Assembly: GCA_963668645.2 (NCBI GenBank)
Contig: CAXXWC010000001.1
Coordinates: 288,001 to 352,000, forward strand
Length of the DNA stretch: 64,000 bases
DNA from: Desulfobacterales bacterium
Lineage (GTDB): Bacteria > Desulfobacterota > Desulfobacteria > Desulfobacterales > UBA2174
Direction of reading: 5' to 3'
In this document: positions 1-6,539 of the stretch, piece by piece
Layout of the letters: every line of letters starts with the position of its first letter
Numbering within the stretch: the stretch's first letter is position 1
Made by a program: the position numbers and the translations under genes
Notes under the pieces: model-generated
Database searches by the model: none
What the model was told of the DNA's origin: nothing
Seen by the model: only the letters and a program-made list of their open reading frames with translations

Positions 1-57
1 CCAGCGGCCGGAAAATCCTGATAACCGATATTCCAAACCCGGGTCAAGCGAGGTCCC

Positions 58-1026
58 GTGAACGACAAACCCTATTACGACCTGAACAGCTTCCTGCGCC
101 GGCATTTCGGGATGCGGGTCCAGAAAATCACCGTGGACGCCGGCTTCACCTGCCCCAACCGGGACGGCACCCTGGGCACGGGCGGGTGCATCTACTGCAA
201 CGCCCGCGGCTCGGGAACCGGGGCCTGCGGCCGCGGCGTCTCGATCCGCGAGCAGCTCGAAGCAGGCCGCGCCGCGATGGCCCGCCGCTACAAGGCCAAG
301 GCGTTCATCGCCTATTTTCAGGCCTATTCAAACACCTATGCCCCGGTTGAGATCCTGCGCCAACGCTACGATGAGGCCCTGGCCGTGCCCGGAGTGGTGG
401 GCCTGGCCATCGGCACCCGGCCCGATTGCGTCGATGAGCGCGTCCTGGACCTGCTCGGCGAATACGCCCGGCGCACCATGGTCTGGGTCGAGTACGGCCT
501 CCAGTCGGCCCACGACCGCACCCTGGCGGCCATCGCCAGGGGACACGATTTCGGTGCCTTCTGCCGCGCCGTAGAGGCCACCCGCAACCGGGGGATCTAC
601 ACCTGCGCCCACGTGATCCTCGGCCTTCCCGGAGAAACGGCCGCCGACATGCGCGCCACGGCCCGGGCCGTGGCCGGGCTGGGCATCGACGGGATCAAGC
701 TGCACCTGCTTTATGTGGTGAAGGGCACCGGGATGGAGCGGCTCTTTCGCCGGGGCGATTATCAGTGCCTGGCGCAATCCGAGTATGTGGAGCGGGTCTG
801 CGATGTGCTCGAACGGCTGCCGCCGCAGATGGTCATCCAGCGCCTGACCGGCGACCCCCACCCCGATGAGCTGGTGGCCCCGGACTGGTCGTTGCGCAAG
901 CGCGAAACCCTGGACCAGATCCACGCGGCCCTGGCGCGCCGCCAGACTTTTCAGGGGAAACTGTATCGCCCGGGACTGCTTGTTGAATCAGCCCCCACCG
1001 CCGCACCCCGGCCTGGCGTGGAATGA
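58..1026 (+). CDS. TIGR01212 (YhcC-like) radical SAM protein
   Basis: FTCPNRDG...GGCIYC cluster motif, YFQAYSNTYAP, IGTRPDC, GIKLHLLYVVKGT, QRLTGD typical of this family. Confidence 0.9.
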   Translation: MNDKPYYDLNSFLRRHFGMRVQKITVDAGFTCPNRDGTLGTGGCIYCNARGSGTGACGRGVSIREQLEAGRAAMARRYKAKAFIAYFQAYSNTYAPVEILRQRYDEALAVPGVVGLAIGTRPDCVDERVLDLLGEYARRTMVWVEYGLQSAHDRTLAAIARGHDFGAFCRAVEATRNRGIYTCAHVILGLPGETAADMRATARAVAGLGIDGIKLHLLYVVKGTGMERLFRRGDYQCLAQSEYVERVCDVLERLPPQMVIQRLTGDPHPDELVAPDWSLRKRETLDQIHAALARRQTFQGKLYRPGLLVESAPTAAPRPGVE

Positions 1027-1053
1027 TCCGGCCCTGCCGACCTCAGAGCATGG

Positions 1054-2697
1054 TCAATCCAGGGGCACGAACCGCTTGGCCAGAGGCAGGCGCCGCCCCT
1101 CGCCAAAGGCTTTGGGGGTGATCTTGAGCCCCGGGGCCGCCTGGTTGCGCTTGTATTCGTTGCGGTCCACCCGGCCGACGACATCGACCACCGTATCCCG
1201 GTCGAATCCCTCGGCTGCCAGGCGTCCCACGCCCTTGGATTCTTCCACGTACCCTTTGAGGATGCGGTCGAGCAGGTCGTAGGGCGGCAGGTCGTCCTGA
1301 TCGGTCTGGTCCGGCTTGAGTTCCGCCGAAGGTGCCTTTTCCAGGATGCGCGAGGGGATGATCTCGCCCTGGCGGTTGATGTAGCGCGACACCTCATAGA
1401 CCAGGGTCTTGGGCACGTCGCTGATCACCGCCAGGCCCCCGTTCATGTCCCCGTACAGGGTGCAGTAGCCCACCGCCAGCTCGCTCTTGTTGCCCGTGGA
1501 GAGTACCAGGGCCCCGTCGCGGTTGGAAATGCCCATCAGCAGGGTGCCGCGAATGCGGGCCTGGATGTTCTGCTCGGTGATCCCCGGGGCCGCCGGATCG
1601 AAGTCCGGACTGAGCTGCCGCACGAAGGCGGCGAAGATCTCGTCAATCGGCAGCACCTGGTAGCCGATGCCGAGGTTGCGTGCCAGCGCTTGGGTGTCGG
1701 TGTAGTTGTCGGCCGAGGTGTAGGCCGAGGGCATGAAGACCGTCTGGACGTTTTCGGCCCCCAGGGCCTCGGCGGCGATGCAGGCCGTCAGGGCCGAGTC
1801 GATGCCGCCGGAAAGACCCACCACGGCCCGGGCAAACCCGCATTTGGTCACGTAGTCGCGGGTCCCGAGCACCAGGGCCCGGTAGGCCGCCTCGGCCGGC
1901 GAGGCGCTCGGCGTGCGCCGCTCGCCTGCCATGACGGCGGTGTCGAAAACCACCAGGTCCTCGGCGAAGTCGGCCGCCCGGGCCGCGAGCCGCCCCCCGG
2001 CGTCAAAGGCGGCGCTGGCGCCGTCGAAGATCAGGCTGTCGTTGCCCCCCACCTGGTTGGCGAAGACCACCGGAAGGTGGTGCTTGCTTGCCGCGGCGGC
2101 GAGCATCCGCTCGCGAAAGGCCGGTTTTTCGAGATCGAAGGGCGAGGCGGCCACGTTGATCAAAAGATCGGCGCCGGCCTCGGCCATGGCTGCCACCGGG
2201 TCGATGTGGTAGAGTGGGCGGGAGAAGATGTCCTTGTCGTTCCAGACGTCCTCGCAGATGCTCAGCCCCAGCCGGTACCCCTTAAACTCGACCACGGCGT
2301 TTTCCGTACCCGGCTCGAAGTAGCGGCTCTCGTCGAACACGTCGTAGGTGGGCAAGAGCCGTTTGCAGGACCGGTGGAGTATCCGGCCGTCTTCAAACAG
2401 CGCCGCGGCGTTGAAAAGCGGCTTGCCCCGCTCCTCGGGATTGCGGTCCACGTAGCCGACGATCATGCCGATGCCGTGCACCGTGTCGACCAGATGGTTG
2501 AGGGCATCGAGGTTGGCCTGGATAAAATAGTCCTTTTCCAGCAGGTCGCGCGGCGGATAGCCCGAGAGCGCCAGCTCGGAAAAGACCGCCAGGTCGCAGC
2601 CGCGCTGCCTGGCCTCGGCCGCCCGGGCGGCGATCTTGGCGGTGTTGCCCTTGAAGTCCCCTATGAGGAAATCTGCCTGGATGATAGCGATTTTCAT
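1054..2697 (-). CDS. nadE: Glutamine-dependent NAD+ synthetase
   Basis: N-terminal nitrilase domain (FSELALSGYPPRDL, KRLLPTYDVFDE, ICEDVW) plus synthetase domain (GLSGGIDSA, NIQARIRG, TGNKSE, PSAEL, EYKR). Confidence 0.97.
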   Translation of the reverse strand: MKIAIIQADFLIGDFKGNTAKIAARAAEARQRGCDLAVFSELALSGYPPRDLLEKDYFIQANLDALNHLVDTVHGIGMIVGYVDRNPEERGKPLFNAAALFEDGRILHRSCKRLLPTYDVFDESRYFEPGTENAVVEFKGYRLGLSICEDVWNDKDIFSRPLYHIDPVAAMAEAGADLLINVAASPFDLEKPAFRERMLAAAASKHHLPVVFANQVGGNDSLIFDGASAAFDAGGRLAARAADFAEDLVVFDTAVMAGERRTPSASPAEAAYRALVLGTRDYVTKCGFARAVVGLSGGIDSALTACIAAEALGAENVQTVFMPSAYTSADNYTDTQALARNLGIGYQVLPIDEIFAAFVRQLSPDFDPAAPGITEQNIQARIRGTLLMGISNRDGALVLSTGNKSELAVGYCTLYGDMNGGLAVISDVPKTLVYEVSRYINRQGEIIPSRILEKAPSAELKPDQTDQDDLPPYDLLDRILKGYVEESKGVGRLAAEGFDRDTVVDVVGRVDRNEYKRNQAAPGLKITPKAFGEGRRLPLAKRFVPLD

Positions 2698-2759
2698 GGT
2701 GATAGCGTCCCTGTTAGGCGTTCGTTCTGGCGACGATCTACTATAGGGCCAGTTGTGAA

Positions 2760-3017
2760 GTCAATGCGAGATGGGAAAGGGAGGTCGAGTTCCGGAAAAG
2801 TCCTGCGACGACTTCATCGAGAGGGATTTTTTTCTGTTTTGGGGTTTTTGTCTTGCCGGTTTTTCTGACTGCAGATCCCTCGTCCTGCCTCCTCGGGATG
2901 ACAATCGGAGGGGGCACCGGGATGACAACCTCTCTCCCGCGTCATTCCGAACGGCAGTGAGGAATCTGCAAGTTGAGAAGATCAGCGGGAAACGGTGACA
3001 ATTTAAAAATCCGACCC
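2760..3017. repeat. Left copy of the direct repeat flanking the NACHT/FGE island, with a REP-like palindromic core at 2870-2970
   Basis: Colinear with 9717-9930 (gtcaatgcg...cctgcga...ttttgtcttgccggt...tgcagatccctcgtc...cgggatgacaacctctctcccgcgtcattccgaacgg.agtgaggaatctgcaagttg...gaccc). This copy has an extra 24-nt internal duplication of cgggatgacaa. The 5' boundary is approximate. Confidence 0.9.
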
Positions 3018-3228
3018 GCCAAAAGAGCGGATCCCTGGCGATCTATTTCTATCGTACATACGGACGTCCGCCTCTCAATTAGAGCCCGAAAATGCAATCA
3101 ACGCCGCCAGGGTGAATGGCGATGGTCCCGAAACAGTCTCCCAGCAGGCTCCATTCCCGCCGGCCGTAGAAGACGTAGCACGGTTATCGGGCCTCTGCTT
3201 GAACGTCGATCCTCCATAGAGCGAAAGC

Positions 3229-3376
3229 GCCCCAGAGGTCAGAGGCCGGGGGCGGCGGGCCGAAAACCGGTGTAGTTGTCCCGGTTGTGGGGGGAGTAGA
3301 TGTTGCGAAAGGCGCAGCGCACGAACCTGCGGTCGTCGAAGAAGCAGCCGCCGCGCAACACCCGCGCCGCGTCACC
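3229..3376 (-). repeat. DGR variable region VR1 (3' end of NACHT-FGE gene 1), including the invariant 3' IMH-like end
   Basis: 148 nt colinear with 6392-6539. 17 mismatches confined to 3273-3339, 16 of them at codon positions 1/2, mostly in NNC codons. Confidence 0.9.
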
Positions 3377-5956
3377 TTCAACTTCATCCAATACTTTGGC
3401 TTCGGCTTCGTACCCCTGGTAATTCTTGTGGGATCGGCTCAGGCACCATTCAAAAACGTTACCTGCCATATCCATCACACCGCACTTCGCCCTGCCTAAT
3501 GGGAAAATCCCGACTGCCGATGTTGCGCCAATGCCCGTATCACCCATGTTACAGCGCTGCGGATCAAGCTCATCGCCCCACGGAAAGATCCGACCGTCTG
3601 TATGGCGTGCGGCCCGCTCCCACTGGGCCTCGGTGGGCAGCGTCACCGCAAAACCGAGTTTCTCTGCCAGCCAGTTGCAGAAGGCCATCGCCTCGTACCA
3701 GCTCACTCCGACCTGCGGGTGGTTCAGCGTTTCAAAAAGGCCACCGATTATCCTCGGTCCGTCGATCTTTTTCTCTTCCCTCCACTTCCAGCCCGCATCA
3801 TTCCAGTAATGCCTTTCGCCATACCCCCCCGCCTTTGTGAACAACCCGAACTGGGCCACTGTCACCGGGTAACGGGCAATGCGATACGACACATCAATCA
3901 GACGGCACTCGAACTGAGGCAGTTCGTAATCATACGCCTCATTATCCACCGCCTTGTCGCTGCCCATAATGAACGGGCCGGCTGGTATGCCGATCCAGTC
4001 GATATCGGGCAGGCCACCCTTCACGCCGACCCCCGGCCGGTCGTCGCCAAGTTGCCCGGCTACCCGGCCGGCCCCAGCCCTGAGATTGGCCGGTACGCGA
4101 TCCTGGTCGATCATCGTTCGGAAAAGGGCTTTTTTAACTCGTTGCGCGGCCTTGGAAGTCACCCCCTGGGGGCCTGCATCGACCACCGCATTGCCGGCCC
4201 AGACCACGGCCTGGCCCGGAGGACCGGGCACTTCCTGCACCAGGCGGGCCAGCAGTTCTCCGGAGGCCGCCTCGCGCTGCTGGATGATGCCGATGTAGGC
4301 CACGGTGAGCAGAAAAACCTCGTGCCAGTTGTCGTCGCCCATGCGATCGGCAAAATAATCGAGGATCGGGCCGATTTCCTGCTGGCCCTTCTGGGCGATG
4401 GCCACCGCCGCCAGGTACTCCTGGAAGGTCAGGTGGATGAAGCCGAACTCCCTTGGGCCGCGCAGCACCAGAAGACCGGTGTGCATGCGGATGTCCTCGA
4501 CGAATCGGACGGCAGCGTCCTGGGGGTCGCCCTCGCCGCGTTCGGCGAATATGGCGGCCAGGGCTGTTCGGGCTTCGGTCTCCGGCACCCGGCCCACGCC
4601 GGGGCTGGTTTCGTGCATCCACAGGGCCAGGGGCGCCAGGATACGCTGGGTGGCCACCACGTCCATGTCCCGGGCCCCGCCCCTGTCCAGCCCCCGGGCC
4701 AGGTTCCAGTGCTTGATCAGGGTTTCGACGTATTTCTGGTACAGCTCCACCCTCCGTTCGGGCAGGGTCACCCCCTGGCGCTTCATCAGGGCCAGCACGG
4801 TGAGCAGCAAGGGATTGGCTGCCAGGCGGCGCACGCCGGGATTGCGGTTGACGGCTTCCAGCAGCTCTCTTTTTTCCCGCTCGGCCTCCTGGGCGGCGAA
4901 CCGGGTCCGGCCGGAGGCCGCCCTTTCTATGGCCGAGGTCCACTTGCCGGCAAAGGCGGCGATCTCCTCGTCGTCGAAATCCACCAGGGTGCACTCGGCC
5001 AGTCCATCGAAGGCCGCCGGCCGCAGTTCCTTGTAGCCCACGATGCGGCTGGTCATGATGAACTTGTTGCCGTGGCGGCGCTGGACGGTGAAAAACTCCA
5101 TGGCCCGGTCCATCACCTGGCGCCGCCGGATGCCGTCCCTGACCTCGTCCAGGCCGTCGAGCAGCACCAGGGCCTGACCGTTTTCCAGGGCTGACTTCAT
5201 CAGCCGGCCGGCACCGTCAGCGATGTCGCGGTTGCCGTAGTAGTCTTCGATGAAACGGCCGATGGACATGTCACTGCCGGCAATGGTGCGGGCATAGGCC
5301 GCCAACGGCAGCAGGATCGGCAGGCGCGGCGCCATACCGAGTGCAACGGCGCTGTTCAACGCCTGATGCAAGGCCACGAACTTGAGAAAGGTGGTCTTGC
5401 CGGCGCCCGGGTCGCCCAGGACGATGAGGCCGTCATGCTTTTTCAGCAGCTCGATCAGCGGCACCGGCTCGCTCAGCCGCCGGCCCACCGCCTCGGCCTC
5501 GTCGGAAGCCAGCTTGCGCCCGGCCAGGCGCAGGTCCCGGGCCCAGGTTTCGCCTTCCGGCACTTCCACGCGGGCCTTGAGGGGTACGTACATATCGCGC
5601 AGTTCGAGCCTGAGCGGCACGCGGTCCGAAAACCCCATGCCGCGAAAGTCGAGATAGCGAAACTGATCGATGAGATAATCGAGATAGGCTTTGCGGCAGG
5701 TGTCTTCGGTGTCGCAGGACAGGACCGGCGGTTCCCCGGCAACCGGTTCAACACCGGCTTCTTTTCTCTCCAATGCGAACACTGCGGCGGCAACCAGAAT
5801 GAATGCGACCGCCAGGAAGTACAACAGCGGTGGGTTCTGTCGGATAGCCGGCGGCATGGTATCCGCCAGGAGGCTACCCAGGACTCCTCCCGTCAGGGAT
5901 ACCACTGCGGCAAGCACGAGGACGACGACAAACGTTCGCTTACGACCAGGGTCCAT
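3239..5956 (-). CDS. Membrane-anchored NACHT/STAND NTPase + FGE-sulfatase (CLec-fold) protein, DGR target 1
   Basis: Two hydrophobic N-terminal helices. Walker A GDPGAGKTT, Walker B LLDGLDE, NPLLL, FIHLTFQEYLAA. FGE motifs FIMGS, PVTVAQF, HPQVGVSWYEA, LPTEAQWERAAR, DMAGNVFEWC, RVLRGG..GFR. RBS AGGAGG. Confidence 0.93.
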   Translation of the reverse strand: MDPGRKRTFVVVLVLAAVVSLTGGVLGSLLADTMPPAIRQNPPLLYFLAVAFILVAAAVFALERKEAGVEPVAGEPPVLSCDTEDTCRKAYLDYLIDQFRYLDFRGMGFSDRVPLRLELRDMYVPLKARVEVPEGETWARDLRLAGRKLASDEAEAVGRRLSEPVPLIELLKKHDGLIVLGDPGAGKTTFLKFVALHQALNSAVALGMAPRLPILLPLAAYARTIAGSDMSIGRFIEDYYGNRDIADGAGRLMKSALENGQALVLLDGLDEVRDGIRRRQVMDRAMEFFTVQRRHGNKFIMTSRIVGYKELRPAAFDGLAECTLVDFDDEEIAAFAGKWTSAIERAASGRTRFAAQEAEREKRELLEAVNRNPGVRRLAANPLLLTVLALMKRQGVTLPERRVELYQKYVETLIKHWNLARGLDRGGARDMDVVATQRILAPLALWMHETSPGVGRVPETEARTALAAIFAERGEGDPQDAAVRFVEDIRMHTGLLVLRGPREFGFIHLTFQEYLAAVAIAQKGQQEIGPILDYFADRMGDDNWHEVFLLTVAYIGIIQQREAASGELLARLVQEVPGPPGQAVVWAGNAVVDAGPQGVTSKAAQRVKKALFRTMIDQDRVPANLRAGAGRVAGQLGDDRPGVGVKGGLPDIDWIGIPAGPFIMGSDKAVDNEAYDYELPQFECRLIDVSYRIARYPVTVAQFGLFTKAGGYGERHYWNDAGWKWREEKKIDGPRIIGGLFETLNHPQVGVSWYEAMAFCNWLAEKLGFAVTLPTEAQWERAARHTDGRIFPWGDELDPQRCNMGDTGIGATSAVGIFPLGRAKCGVMDMAGNVFEWCLSRSHKNYQGYEAEAKVLDEVEGDAARVLRGGCFFDDRRFVRCAFRNIYSPHNRDNYTGFRPAAPGL

Positions 5957-5998
5957 TCAACCCTCCTAAAAGCTGAGCTATTCTATCCTTCCGCTGGC

Positions 5999-6319
5999 TC
6001 ACTTTCTTGGCAGCCCTGAAGTACTGCGCCATGTCGGCCGTACGCTACGCATCTGTCTTCCTGTAGTACGGGGCTGCATCCCTGCCGCGCTGATCACCCG
6101 GCGCTTGGGCTCCTTGATCACGAAGCTGGTATATTTGCCCGGCCGGTAGGATTCATAGGCAAGGTCCTGTTGAATCTGGACCAGGTATTCCTCCAGCCGG
6201 TACTCGAACAGGGCCGTCGACTCCCTGCCGCGCTTGCCGCGGGCTGCGGCTCGGTAGGCTTCGTAGAGGTTGTCCCAGTTACAAACATCTTGCAGGGTCC
6301 CGGTCACGTGGGTGATCAT
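5999..6319 (-). pseudogene. Truncated N-terminal fragment of a DGR-type reverse transcriptase (homology ends at ~6083)
   Basis: CNWDNLYEAYRAAARGKR...FEYRLEEYLVQIQQDL..ESYRPGKYTSFVIKEPKRRVISAA matches the RT domain 0/1 region. The expected PFRDRVVHHA continuation and the YxDD motif are absent. Confidence 0.88.
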
Positions 6320-6391
6320 GGATCTGTACCCTTAATGCATTCGCCGGTCGATGAACAATTCTGCCTGCCCCACCATGAGCGCCCGGCGCCG

Positions 6392-6539
6392 GCCCCAGAG
6401 GTCAGAGGCCGGGGGCGGCGGGCCGAAAACCGGTGATGAAGTCCCGGTAGTCGGGGGAGTGGTAGTAGCGAACGGCGCAACGCACGAACCTGCGGATGAA
6501 GTAGAAGCAGCCGCCGCGCAACACCCGCGCCGCGTCACC
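6392..6539 (-). repeat. DGR variable region VR2 (3' end of NACHT-FGE gene 2)
   Basis: Paired with VR1. Encodes RVLRGGCFYFIRRFVRCAVRYYHSPDYRDFITGFRPAAPGL versus RVLRGGCFFDDRRFVRCAFRNIYSPHNRDNYTGFRPAAPGL. Confidence 0.9.

Noticed and set aside
2870..2970. CRISPR array or tRNA
   Set aside because: Only a short internal duplication and a hairpin. No regular repeat-spacer periodicity, cas genes or cloverleaf.
5957..6400. Possible DGR template repeat or avd gene between the targets
   Set aside because: No homology to the variable region, no AAC-rich tract and no Avd-like ORF; only the RT fragment is present.
6392..6539. VR2 acting as the template for VR1, or the reverse
   Set aside because: Both copies have non-A bases at several mismatched sites (for example G/T in GAC/TTC and C/G in CAC/GAC), so neither can be the adenine template.
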